64,000 nt of DNA from Bacteroidales bacterium (lineage in GTDB: Bacteria; Bacteroidota; Bacteroidia; Bacteroidales; UBA12077): contig JAKSCO010000351.1 in NCBI GenBank assembly GCA_022360575.1, positions 2,949 to 66,948 on the forward strand, read 5' to 3'. The first letter of the stretch is position 1. Each line of letters begins with the position of its first letter. Under the pieces are notes generated by a model, which saw nothing but the letters and a program-made list of their open reading frames with translations, was not told the origin of the DNA and ran no database searches. Shown here one piece after another: positions 36,682 through 46,444 of the stretch. Both the position numbers and the translations under genes were made by a program.

Positions 36682-39600
36682 ATGGGAAAACACAAAACAA
36701 AACCATTGTTCTACAAGTACAAAACAATGCTACTTTTAGTCATGTTTTCATTTATCATGATTAACACAAGCGCTGCCTCTGTTCAGATACAAGGCAAAGT
36801 AATTAAAGTAAATGAAAATAATGTCAATTTAAACGAATTTATTTGGAAATTGAAGAAACTGACTGGGTACGAATTTGTTTGCGATTCAGATGATCTATCG
36901 GAATATTCCAATGTTAGTATCAAAAAGCAAGGTTCAATTGAACAAATATTTGATGAAGTTTTAAAAGATACTGACTTAACTTATTATTCAGAAGGAGACA
37001 TCTATGTAATAAAAAAGAAAGAAGTTATAGAATCTACTCAACCTGAAGCAAAGATTCTTACAGGAAAAGTACTTGATAAAACAGGAGCTTCGTTACCTGG
37101 AGTATCTGTAATTATCGAAAATACAACATTAGGAACATCTACCGGAATAGATGGCGATTATATTCTTGCAATTCCAGCAGGAACTGTAAACATTGTATTT
37201 TCATTTATTGGAATGGAAACTCAAATAGTGCGATATTCAGGACAAGAATCTATGGACATTGTGTTACAAGAAAGTTCGTTAAACATTGATGAAGTTGTTA
37301 TCACCGGATATCAACAAATTAACAAAAGGAAACTTGCCAGCTCTGTAACTACAGTTAATAGTAAACAATTAGAAAAAATAAAAGTTGCAAGCATTGATAA
37401 AATGTTAGAAGGACAACTTTCAGGAGTTTCAGTTATAGGAAACACTTCAACTCCGGGGGTAGCAGCTAAAGTAAGAATCAGAGGTGCTTCTTCGATATCA
37501 GGAAACAGAGAACCTATATGGGTTGTTGATGGTGTTATTTTACAAGATCCCGTAAAAGTTACTGCAGCCCAATTGAATAGTGCCGATTATTTAAACAAAG
37601 TAGGAAATGCAATACAAAGTATAAATCCATCAGATATTGCCCGAATAGATGTTCTTAAAGATGCTTCGGCAACAGCTATATATGGAGTTAAGGCTGCTAA
37701 TGGGGTAATTGTTATTACTACCAAATCGGGAAAAAAAGGAAAACCTCAGATTACTTTTTCTACCCAACACGATGTAGTTGAAAGACCTTCTTATGAATCG
37801 TTAAATTTGATGAACTCTAAAGAACGTGTTGATATTTCTAGAGAAATTATCCGAAGAAGTTTACTTAATACATCAACATCTGATTTCGGATACGAGAACT
37901 TATATAGAAGATATACCAGAAAAGAAATAAGCCTGCAACAATTTAATCAAGAAATTGCCAGTTTAGAAACTACTAACGAAGATTGGTTCAAACATTTGTT
38001 TAGAAATGCATTAAATCAAAGGTACAATCTAAGTATTTCTGGAGGTTCTGATTATTTAACCTATTATTTCTCGTTAGGCTACAATAAAGAAAATGCTCCT
38101 TTTATTAAGGGTGGTAATGATAAGTTGAATTTAATGTCGAAATTCAATTATAAGGTTAACGATAGACTTACAATGGGGCTACAAATTAGAAATTCTGTTA
38201 ATGAGAAAACATTTGCTCACAAAGAAGTACATCCTTACGACTATGCATACAATACATCAAGAACAATTCCTTCGTATAAAAATGGAGAAAGATTTCTGTA
38301 TGCAAATAAAAATATTAATAATTTCCCTACTCAATACAATTTCTTAAATGAAATTGAAAATTCGGAAAAAACAATTGACCTAAAAGACTTTAATTTAAAC
38401 TATAATTTAAATTATAAGATTTTAGACGGGTTGCAAGCTTCATTGCTATTATCGATGGGTAAATCGCAAACCAACGAAGAAGAGTGGGCTTCAGAAAATA
38501 CTCTTTACATGTGGAATGAAAGGAATCTCCCTTCTTATGTTGATTTAAAAACCGAATTACAAAAAGGAAGTAGTAGAGCACCAATAGGAGGAGAAATATC
38601 GAATAAATCTCTAAGCAATGAATCTTATATCGGTCGATTACAATTGAATTACAACAAGACATTCAACGAACATAGTATTGATCTTATTTCAGGATTTGAA
38701 ATTTCAAACAATAAATTAAATGGGGTTGCAACAGTACAAAGAGGTTATTTACCTTCTTACGGGAAAAAAGCCGCAGGAATAGATTTAACTGAATATCCTG
38801 AATATGCCAAATGGTTATCAAACAACCCTAATATAATAACCGATGCTGTAAACAGGACAATATCTGTATATGCAGCCCTAACTTATAGCTATAAAAACAG
38901 GTATATCCTTAATGGGAATATTAGAAAAGATGGAGCTAATAAATTTGGACAAAACGAAAATGATCGATTTAACAATGTTTGGTCGGCATCAGCACGATGG
39001 AATCTTTCGCAAGAAGAATTTATGTCTTCTTTATCGTGGTTAAATATTTCGCTAAAAGGATCATATGGTATTCAAGGGAATGTAGTTGAAGATGTAACAC
39101 CTAACTTAATTACACGAGTTACAGATTACGATTATCTAACAGGTAGAAGAAATATTAAAATAGATTCTTATCCAAATCCAAATTTGAAGTGGGAAAAAAC
39201 TACATCTTATAATTTTGGGTTTAGCTACATGTTATTTAATAAAGTTAGAGGTTCGGTAGAATACTACATGAAAAAAGGGAGCGATATGTTAATACGAATA
39301 AAAGCTCCAAGAATATCGGGTAGTGATTCTCATTATCTAAATTCTGGAACTATGGAAAATAAAGGTATAGAATGGAATCTTGGTGTAGATGTAATAAACT
39401 CTGACGATTTTACATTTAATGTTAACCTAAACGGATTTCATAACGAAAACAAGATTACAAAATCGAACATAGAACAATACCAATATACCGATTATATTAA
39501 TGGTACTATTATTCGTAAAGGAATTCCTGTTGGAGGTTTTTATTCGTATAAATTTGACAAGCTCGACAAAAACGGATTACCTACATTCAAAGATACCGAA

Positions 39601-40197
39601 CAGCTCGAAGGAGAAACTCAAGAAGAATTCTTTAAGCGGGTGTTTGTATACTCTGGAACTAGTAATCCTACGGTAACAGGAGGATTGTCTTTAAATTTCA
39701 CTTATAAATACTGGTTTGCAACCTGCTTATTTAATTACAGCTTTGGTTCTAAAATCAGGTTACCTAAATTATACGATAATGCACCAGGAGTTCCTTCGTC
39801 AGAACAAAATTTCTCTAAAGAACTTAATAATAGATGGCGAGAACCTGGCGACGAAGAACATACCAATATCCCAGGAATATCAGACGAACTTGGCAATATA
39901 ACCTCTAGTGGATATACTTTTGCTAACGATATCTGGGAAATGTATAATTATTCGGACATACGGGTTGTGAAAGGAGATTATTTACGATTGAAAAGTGTAA
40001 GTATTGGATACAATATCCCTACTCGAATATTAGAAAAAGTGAAATTACAAGCTGCAAGCCTTACTGTAAATTTCAGCAACTTATGGTTGCTAGCCGACAA
40101 AAGACTAAAAGGGCACGATCCATCTGTAGCTACTTACGGAAATAAAATTACCCCTCCTTTATTCGGAATGGGAGTAGGTTTAAATATCAACTTCTAA
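36682..40197 (+). CDS. SusC/RagA-family TonB-dependent receptor with an N-terminal STN signalling extension
   Basis: 1171 aa. STN-like segment (NLNEFIWKLKKLTGYEFVCDSD), CarbopepD_reg-like domain (LTGKVLDKTGASLPGVSVII), plug (DVLKDASATAIYGVKAANGVIVITTK) and a barrel ending in ..GLNINF. Confidence 0.95.
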   Translation: MGKHKTKPLFYKYKTMLLLVMFSFIMINTSAASVQIQGKVIKVNENNVNLNEFIWKLKKLTGYEFVCDSDDLSEYSNVSIKKQGSIEQIFDEVLKDTDLTYYSEGDIYVIKKKEVIESTQPEAKILTGKVLDKTGASLPGVSVIIENTTLGTSTGIDGDYILAIPAGTVNIVFSFIGMETQIVRYSGQESMDIVLQESSLNIDEVVITGYQQINKRKLASSVTTVNSKQLEKIKVASIDKMLEGQLSGVSVIGNTSTPGVAAKVRIRGASSISGNREPIWVVDGVILQDPVKVTAAQLNSADYLNKVGNAIQSINPSDIARIDVLKDASATAIYGVKAANGVIVITTKSGKKGKPQITFSTQHDVVERPSYESLNLMNSKERVDISREIIRRSLLNTSTSDFGYENLYRRYTRKEISLQQFNQEIASLETTNEDWFKHLFRNALNQRYNLSISGGSDYLTYYFSLGYNKENAPFIKGGNDKLNLMSKFNYKVNDRLTMGLQIRNSVNEKTFAHKEVHPYDYAYNTSRTIPSYKNGERFLYANKNINNFPTQYNFLNEIENSEKTIDLKDFNLNYNLNYKILDGLQASLLLSMGKSQTNEEEWASENTLYMWNERNLPSYVDLKTELQKGSSRAPIGGEISNKSLSNESYIGRLQLNYNKTFNEHSIDLISGFEISNNKLNGVATVQRGYLPSYGKKAAGIDLTEYPEYAKWLSNNPNIITDAVNRTISVYAALTYSYKNRYILNGNIRKDGANKFGQNENDRFNNVWSASARWNLSQEEFMSSLSWLNISLKGSYGIQGNVVEDVTPNLITRVTDYDYLTGRRNIKIDSYPNPNLKWEKTTSYNFGFSYMLFNKVRGSVEYYMKKGSDMLIRIKAPRISGSDSHYLNSGTMENKGIEWNLGVDVINSDDFTFNVNLNGFHNENKITKSNIEQYQYTDYINGTIIRKGIPVGGFYSYKFDKLDKNGLPTFKDTEQLEGETQEEFFKRVFVYSGTSNPTVTGGLSLNFTYKYWFATCLFNYSFGSKIRLPKLYDNAPGVPSSEQNFSKELNNRWREPGDEEHTNIPGISDELGNITSSGYTFANDIWEMYNYSDIRVVKGDYLRLKSVSIGYNIPTRILEKVKLQAASLTVNFSNLWLLADKRLKGHDPSVATYGNKITPPLFGMGVGLNINF

Positions 40198-40236
40198 ATA
40201 ATAATGATTTTATATAAATCTTTAAAAAAGAATAAA

Positions 40237-41649
40237 ATGAAAAAAATTATATATCTATTAATAGCATTAGCATTTATGGGATGTAACGAGTTTTTAGACG
40301 TTGATTCCAACGATTTATTAATTCCTAAAGATGTAGAAGAATACTCTGATTTATTATTTGCCGAAGCACATCTTAAAGGAGATATTATGTGGATGGGACG
40401 AGTTATGTGCGACGATGTAAAATCTTATCAAGCTTCATCTTTCTTTGGAGGTGCTACACAACTTTCTAGTTTTACCGATGATTATTTTGGTTATTACACT
40501 TGGCAACAAAATCCTGAATATAGCCGAACTGGAAAATTAGTTAACGACGAAACATGGACTGCATTGTATCGTTCTATTGTTATTTGTAATACCGTTATCA
40601 ACGATTACGATAAAATAGAAGGAGATGATCATAAAAAAGAATATTTAAAAGCCGAAGCTCACTTTTTAAGAGCAATCGATTATTTTTATCTTGTTAATTT
40701 TTATGCTCCAGAGTATGCTCCAGAAAATCTTTCGAAGAAAGGAGTTCCAATCAATGATAAATCTAATATAGAAGTAAGAACATATGTTAGAAATACGATA
40801 AAAGAGGTTTATGATAAAATTACTAGCGACCTTATATCTGCCGAAAAGTTATTGAAAACTGCAGAGTACAAAGAGACTATTTTCAATTTAAATTATGCTT
40901 CGTTGTATCAGTTTATGTCAAGAGTTTATTTGTACATGAAAGATTATGATAATGTTATTAAGTATGCTGGACTATCTCTTAATTACAACAATAGTTTGGT
41001 AAACTTAAATTCAGCTCCGGATTTTGTCTTCAATAACAAAAATAGTGAAATAAACTTTTGCCATCTGGAACAAAGATCTAAATATCCTTCTCCCCAAGCT
41101 CAGCAAAATATAACAATAACCCCTAGCGATGCTCTTATGAGCTCTTATTCTGAAAATGATCTTAGAAAAACTCAATTTTTTGTAGAGACATATCCACCTA
41201 TGGGGCAACCTTATCTTCAATCATCAAAACTAAACAGACAAAATATTTACAACAATTGTTTCAGGGTAGCCGAAGTTTATCTTAATAGAGCTGAAGCTTA
41301 TGCAGAAAAACAGTTGTTTTCTGACTGTGTTAACGATCTAAATACCTTAAGAGCAAATCGCTTATCGTCGGATTACGAAGTTAGCGCATCGAATAAAACT
41401 CAGGCAATAGATCTTGTAAAAGCAGAAAGAAGAAGAGAGTTATGTTACGAGTTGCATAGATGGTTCGATTTAAGAAGATGGGGAAAACCTTCTTTCGATC
41501 ACGTTATAATAAATATTAATGAAACAACATCAACATATAGGATAGAAAAAAACGATCCTGCATATATTTTGCCTTTACCTGTAGAAACAAAGGTTTTGAA
41601 TCCTAACATGAAGGATTATCCAAATCCTGTTCGCCAAAGTGTAAATTAA
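40237..41649 (+). CDS. SusD/RagB-family nutrient-binding outer membrane lipoprotein
   Basis: The preferred start is ATG 40237 (MKKIIYLLIALAFMGCNEF, with a lipobox). TPR-like helical segments and the C-terminal ERRRELCYELHRWFDLRRWG motif are typical of SusD. Confidence 0.9.
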   Translation: MKKIIYLLIALAFMGCNEFLDVDSNDLLIPKDVEEYSDLLFAEAHLKGDIMWMGRVMCDDVKSYQASSFFGGATQLSSFTDDYFGYYTWQQNPEYSRTGKLVNDETWTALYRSIVICNTVINDYDKIEGDDHKKEYLKAEAHFLRAIDYFYLVNFYAPEYAPENLSKKGVPINDKSNIEVRTYVRNTIKEVYDKITSDLISAEKLLKTAEYKETIFNLNYASLYQFMSRVYLYMKDYDNVIKYAGLSLNYNNSLVNLNSAPDFVFNNKNSEINFCHLEQRSKYPSPQAQQNITITPSDALMSSYSENDLRKTQFFVETYPPMGQPYLQSSKLNRQNIYNNCFRVAEVYLNRAEAYAEKQLFSDCVNDLNTLRANRLSSDYEVSASNKTQAIDLVKAERRRELCYELHRWFDLRRWGKPSFDHVIININETTSTYRIEKNDPAYILPLPVETKVLNPNMKDYPNPVRQSVN

Positions 41650-41672
41650 TCATAACACAAAAATTTAAACAG

Positions 41673-42488
41673 ATGAAAAAGTTATTATATATATTAATCG
41701 CATTAATTGCATTGTCTTGCGAAGAAGAAAAACTTACTCCGAGTGAGTCTGAATCTTTTTACAAGATAGATACCAATACAGAACTTGGGAAAAAAATTGC
41801 TCAGATACACAGCAAATACAATTCGTATTTACTTTACAAATATTCAGAAGCAGATCACAAAAGAATATCTTATTATGACTTTTATAATGTAATACCTCAA
41901 GATTCGACCGAAGTTATTAATACTTGTGTTGAGTTTGCCAACGAATACTTTTATGAATTATTTGATGCTGAAATAATGGCTAAATACGCACCATTTAAAT
42001 TGCTACTGGCAAGAAAATTCGAACAAAAAAACACTACGCATAATTCGGCACTTAAAGATATAATTATAGGATATAATACTGTAATTATATCTAATTTCAA
42101 TGGCAAATGGAAGTTATTAACTCCCGAACAAAAAAAATCTTATAAAAATAAGATTAAATTTGCCTTTATTAAAGATTATTTACTTGCTTATAAATATATG
42201 AGTATCCCTGACGAATTTGGCAAGGTTAGCCCTGCCAAATACGGACAATACATTCCAGGTGTTACTGCCGAAATGTATAAACAAGAAGGGTTCTGGCCTC
42301 TTGACAATGGATTTCTTAGATTTTCCTATCCTAGGAGTATTTTAGTAGATGCATCTGAGTATATCTATAAAATGAATGAGCTTACTCATGAACAAGTTTT
42401 AGCTCAAATCCAGTCATATCCTTTAATGGTAAAAAAATACAATATACTACGAGATTGGATGATTAAAAATAAAATACAATTAAATTAA
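41673..42488 (+). CDS. hypothetical lipoprotein in the Sus-like locus
   Basis: 271 aa. Lipobox (LIALSCEEE). No HExxH or other catalytic motif was seen. Confidence 0.6.
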   Translation: MKKLLYILIALIALSCEEEKLTPSESESFYKIDTNTELGKKIAQIHSKYNSYLLYKYSEADHKRISYYDFYNVIPQDSTEVINTCVEFANEYFYELFDAEIMAKYAPFKLLLARKFEQKNTTHNSALKDIIIGYNTVIISNFNGKWKLLTPEQKKSYKNKIKFAFIKDYLLAYKYMSIPDEFGKVSPAKYGQYIPGVTAEMYKQEGFWPLDNGFLRFSYPRSILVDASEYIYKMNELTHEQVLAQIQSYPLMVKKYNILRDWMIKNKIQLN

Positions 42489-42529
42489 TCATAAAGGAGC
42501 TTAAGCTCCTTTTCTAAAACTATAAAATA

Positions 42530-43897
42530 ATGAAAAAAATACTATTATTCTTGTTTGTAGCAGTTATAGCTGCATCGTGCTCGAAAAAGAACCCCAAGAT
42601 TATTCTTACTTTAAAAGCCGACAGTGAAATACCTGTTGATATTTCGGATAATCTACAGGAAATAAGGCTAGAACCAAATGCTGAAGGTAAATATGAATAC
42701 GAATTTAAAAATAATGACTATTTAATTTCGTGGTTATTTATTGGTAACTGGCCTTTCCAGTTTTATGTTGAAAAAGATCACGATTTAGAAGTAACTGTCG
42801 AGATTGGTCTAGACGAAAAGGGTAATATCAATTTAGTAAACTTAGCTAGTATATCTCCATATTACGAAAAAACAAATCAGTATTTATTTAAATATGGACG
42901 TTCAACTAGTCTAATTTCAAGTAATGAAGATTTTGCCATGAAAGAAATGGATTTTTATAAAAACGGTCAAAAAATCATCAAAAACTTTCAAGCAAATCTC
43001 GAAAAACAAGATTTGCCCGTAAATTTCAAAACTCTTGAAAAAGAAAAAATAAAACATGACATTTTAGGCCCTTTATCCGATCATGAATTAGGTTATAAGT
43101 ATTTAAATAAAATAAAATTCGAAGATTATCAAATAAGCGAAGAATATAAAGATTTGCTTATCTCTAATTTTACCGATAGTGAAATCGTAACAGGTATTAT
43201 GCATAACTATTGGATGTCTTTGAGTATTTTTCTTGAAAAAGCCTTAAAAATACAAGGCGAAACTATCGAAGAAAACTTTCAATTACGAGTTGAACAGTGT
43301 AAAAAGATGTTTAAAAATCCGAAGCTTCTAGAGCGAATAATCTTTTGCGAGTTTGTTCACTATTTATCGTACGATATTTCGAAACCAACCGAAGAAATTC
43401 TTAATTTAACTAAAGTTATCAAAAATAAGGATTTAAAAAAACGTCTAAATAATCTTCTTGATCAGAAAAATAAAATAAAGAAAGGAAAGAAAGCCTTTAA
43501 TTTTACATGCAAAGATATTAATGGCAAAGAATATAAATTAAGCGATTTTAAAGGAAAAGTAGTTGTTATTGATCTATGGGCTACTTGGTGTAAGCCTTGT
43601 ATGGAAGTACTTCCTTATTTTATCGAAAAACAAAAACAATATAGCACAAGACCAGTTCATTTTATTACTCTTAGTGTAGATAAAAATGAAGAAGCTTGGA
43701 AAAAGAAAGTAAAGAAAATGGGTCTTGACAAAAATTCATTTATCGCTATCGGAAGCAATAATATCATGAAAGCTTTCGGGCTTTCTGGAATCCCTGCTAC
43801 TATTATTATCGATAAAGATGGACATATTTTAGACGGACATGCAAAAAAAGCTAACGATCCGTTGTTCGACACAGAGTTAAATTCTTATTTACAATAA
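42530..43897 (+). CDS. TlpA/AhpC-TSA-family thiol-disulfide oxidoreductase lipoprotein
   Basis: 455 aa. Lipobox (IAASCSKK). The C-terminal thioredoxin fold carries WATWCKPC (CxxC) and the typical FKGKVVVIDLWATWC context. The ~310-aa N-terminal domain is unknown. Confidence 0.85.
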   Translation: MKKILLFLFVAVIAASCSKKNPKIILTLKADSEIPVDISDNLQEIRLEPNAEGKYEYEFKNNDYLISWLFIGNWPFQFYVEKDHDLEVTVEIGLDEKGNINLVNLASISPYYEKTNQYLFKYGRSTSLISSNEDFAMKEMDFYKNGQKIIKNFQANLEKQDLPVNFKTLEKEKIKHDILGPLSDHELGYKYLNKIKFEDYQISEEYKDLLISNFTDSEIVTGIMHNYWMSLSIFLEKALKIQGETIEENFQLRVEQCKKMFKNPKLLERIIFCEFVHYLSYDISKPTEEILNLTKVIKNKDLKKRLNNLLDQKNKIKKGKKAFNFTCKDINGKEYKLSDFKGKVVVIDLWATWCKPCMEVLPYFIEKQKQYSTRPVHFITLSVDKNEEAWKKKVKKMGLDKNSFIAIGSNNIMKAFGLSGIPATIIIDKDGHILDGHAKKANDPLFDTELNSYLQ

Positions 43898-43918
43898 ATA
43901 ATTTTAAAAATATAACAG

Positions 43919-44389
43919 ATGAAAAACTTACTATTAGCAGTTTTATTATTATTCGGATTAAACAGTTTTGCTCAAGTTTATGACGAAAATATTGATGGGA
44001 TGAAACAAATCCAAGAAGCTGTAGCTAAAGCTAAAAAAGAAAATAAGCAAGTATTAATTCAGGTTGGAGGAAACTGGTGTAAATATTGCATCAAGCTACA
44101 CAATTGGATTAACGATGATGTTTTTGTAAAATCTACTATAGATAAATATTATGTGTATATAGATGTAAACTATAGTAATAAAAATAAAAATTTCGAAGCT
44201 ATGAAATTCTTAAGATGGCCTCAAAGATTCCCTTTTCCATCTTTATATATCATAAGTAACAAAGGCGAAGTGTTACATACTCAAAAAATTACTCCGCTTA
44301 CTACTAAAAATGAATACGATACTGAGAAGTTTATAGCTTTTTTGAAAGAATGGACAGTTTTTAAACTAGATCCTAAATCTTATAAATAG
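43919..44389 (+). CDS. secreted thioredoxin-fold protein (CxxC)
   Basis: 156 aa. Signal peptide and a GGNWCKYC motif in a thioredoxin-like context. Confidence 0.7.
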   Translation: MKNLLLAVLLLFGLNSFAQVYDENIDGMKQIQEAVAKAKKENKQVLIQVGGNWCKYCIKLHNWINDDVFVKSTIDKYYVYIDVNYSNKNKNFEAMKFLRWPQRFPFPSLYIISNKGEVLHTQKITPLTTKNEYDTEKFIAFLKEWTVFKLDPKSYK

Positions 44390-44418
44390 TTTATTACAAA
44401 CAACTATATCTCTTTAAT

Positions 44419-44457
44419 AACGGGCGTGTCGGACTTCTGACACGCCCGTTGTTTTTT
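44419..44457 (+). terminator. strong intrinsic terminator closing the Sus-like operon
   Basis: AACGGGCGTGTC / GACACGCCCGTT perfect 12-bp GC-rich stem with an 8-nt loop, followed by GTTTTTT. Confidence 0.9.
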
Positions 44458-44535
44458 ATACGAATGTTTCTTCTTCGTATTGCGACTTTTTGAGGGTATT
44501 TTTACAAATAGTTGTCCTCAGCGCTGTTGTTTTAA

Positions 44536-44680
44536 AAAATTCATTGACGCTTGTCAACGGCTTGCCGCAGTCATGTAAAACTCATTGTTCCTTGTCAACG
44601 CTCCCTTTTTTTTAAAGAATCATTGTCATTTGTCAACGAGCATTTTTTTGATAGAGTCATTATCGTCTGTCAATAGCTCT
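44536..44680. repeat. degenerate tandem array with a 37-41 bp period, 4 copies, core TCATTGnCnnTTGTCAACG
   Basis: Cores start at 44541, 44582, 44620 and 44657. The best copy holds the inverted repeat TTGAC-GCTT-GTCAA. Copies 2 and 3 are followed by T-runs. Confidence 0.75.
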
Positions 44681-44710
44681 ATTTAGTTTCTGATAAGATT
44701 TCAAGATGAA

Positions 44711-44752
44711 GGATTTATAAAAACAAATAATTTTTATCTTAAACGCGACGAA
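44711..44752 (-). repeat. dispersed intergenic module M2, copy b
   Basis: The reverse complement, TTCGTCGCGTTTAAGATAAAAATTATTTGTTTTTATAAATCC, matches 5240-5281 at 36 of 42 positions. Confidence 0.8.
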
Positions 44753-44772
44753 GAAAATATTTTGATCACGCA

Positions 44773-44791
44773 TTTTGATGTGCTTTGTATT
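44773..44791 (-). repeat. dispersed intergenic module M1, copy e (diverged)
   Basis: The reverse complement, AATACAAAGCACATCAAAA, sits directly 5' of M2 copy b on the minus strand. This is the same M1-then-M2 order as at 5142-5281. Confidence 0.6.
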
Positions 44792-44904
44792 ATTAAAGTT
44801 GTTTTTCGAAAAAAGCTTCCCTTGACTTTTCCTCTTCTATAAAAAGCACGAAAGGCTATCTCAAATAAATCGAAATAGCCTTTTGTATGTTATCAAAATT
44901 TATA

Positions 44905-45078
44905 TTATTCCTTTTCAGGTTCTTCTTTTGATGCGTTCTTAAACTCTTTCATTCCTTTACCAAGACCTCGCATTAATTCTGGAATTTTTCTTCCTCCAAA
45001 AATAATTAATATCACAAGAACTATAAGAATAACCTCCCATGTGCCGATAAATCCTGATAATATAAATAAAAAGTTCAT
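44905..45078 (-). CDS. tatA: twin-arginine translocase subunit TatA/E
   Basis: Not in the ORF track (57 aa). The translation is MNFLFILSGFIGTWEVILIVLVILIIFGGRKIPELMRGLGKGMKEFKNASKEEPEKE. It has one TM helix followed by FGGRKIPELMRGLGKGMKEFK, the TatA hinge and amphipathic-helix signature. It lies 40 nt downstream of rseP. Confidence 0.85.
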   Translation of the reverse strand: MNFLFILSGFIGTWEVILIVLVILIIFGGRKIPELMRGLGKGMKEFKNASKEEPEKE

Positions 45079-45118
45079 AAGTCTAATATTTAGTAATTAA
45101 ACAAATATACCATTTTTA

Positions 45119-46438
45119 TTATTCAGTAAAAAGTTTAAAAATATCATTCCCGTTAGCAAACAATAGTAATGTTAATAATAATACCATTCCTACAACCTGA
45201 GCATTTTCAAGAAACTTATCGCTAGGTTTTCGTCCAGTAATCATTTCGTATAATAAAAACATTACATGACCTCCATCTAGTGCAGGTATCGGCAATACAT
45301 TCATTATAGCTAAAATAATCGAAAGGAAAGCTGTAAGATTCCAGAAGGCTTCCCAATTCCAAACTCCTGGAAATATTTTTCCGATGGTTATAAATCCACC
45401 TAAAGATTTATATGCTCCGGTTTCGGGTTTTACCAATAGTTTCAATTGCTTTAAATAGCTATTAAACATAGCCACACCCTTATTAACACCAGCAGGAATC
45501 GAAGACCATAAATCATACTCTTTTTGCTCAAGCTCAAACATTCCGATAAAACTTTGAGCATACACTCCAATATATCCCTCGGGCGATACTTTTGTATTAA
45601 TCACCAAAGTGTCATTACCCCTTAATACATTCAAATCAATTGTTTTGTCTTTATGCTTAAGTATTTCGGTTCGGTACTCATCGTAAAACTCAGTAGATAC
45701 TCCATCTACACCTATTATCCTATCCTTAATCATAAAGCCGGCTTCTATAGCTTCCGATTTTTTCGGAATCTCGGCAATATAAAAAGGAACACGAACATCA
45801 ATTAAACCCTTATTTTTTAGCAATTGTTTGGTTAATAATTTTGGAATTGGAATTTCTTTAACCTGCCCATTTCTTTCAATCTGGATTGTCTTTGAATCAT
45901 TCAAAGCAATATCTATCATAATTTTATGGAAATTATCAACAGGTTCATTATCGACACTTATAATTTTATCGCCATTGCGTAAACCCATACTATAAGCTGT
46001 AGAATCGACTGTTATTCCATACTTCACACTTCGATTAGGTAGATATTCTTCGCCCCAAACATAAAGTACAGCCGAATAAATAACTAATGCTATAAAAAAG
46101 TTAACAAGAACTCCTCCTAGCATAATAAGTAATCGTTGCCACGATTTTTTCGAACGAAACTCGTAAGGTTGAGGCTCCTGTTTCATTTGTTCTTTATCCA
46201 TCGACTCATCAATCATTCCTGATATCTTAACATACCCCCCAAGAGGGACCCATCCCATTCCGTACTCGGTTTCTCCTTTTTTGAATTTGAACAACGAAAA
46301 CCATGGATTAAAAAAGAGGTAAAACTTCTCTACTCTTGTTTTAAATAATTTCGCAAAAGCAAAATGTCCAAATTCGTGTAAAATCACCAATATGGATATG
46401 CTAAGTAAAAACTGTCCTATTTTAATTAAAATCTCCAT
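45119..46438 (-). CDS. rseP: RIP zinc metalloprotease RseP (site-2 protease)
   Basis: 439 aa. HEFGH zinc motif in TM1, PDZ domain(s) and a C-terminal LPIPALDGG motif. The position directly after dxr is the usual bacterial synteny. Confidence 0.93.
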   Translation of the reverse strand: MEILIKIGQFLLSISILVILHEFGHFAFAKLFKTRVEKFYLFFNPWFSLFKFKKGETEYGMGWVPLGGYVKISGMIDESMDKEQMKQEPQPYEFRSKKSWQRLLIMLGGVLVNFFIALVIYSAVLYVWGEEYLPNRSVKYGITVDSTAYSMGLRNGDKIISVDNEPVDNFHKIMIDIALNDSKTIQIERNGQVKEIPIPKLLTKQLLKNKGLIDVRVPFYIAEIPKKSEAIEAGFMIKDRIIGVDGVSTEFYDEYRTEILKHKDKTIDLNVLRGNDTLVINTKVSPEGYIGVYAQSFIGMFELEQKEYDLWSSIPAGVNKGVAMFNSYLKQLKLLVKPETGAYKSLGGFITIGKIFPGVWNWEAFWNLTAFLSIILAIMNVLPIPALDGGHVMFLLYEMITGRKPSDKFLENAQVVGMVLLLTLLLFANGNDIFKLFTE

Positions 46439-46444
46439 TTATAT

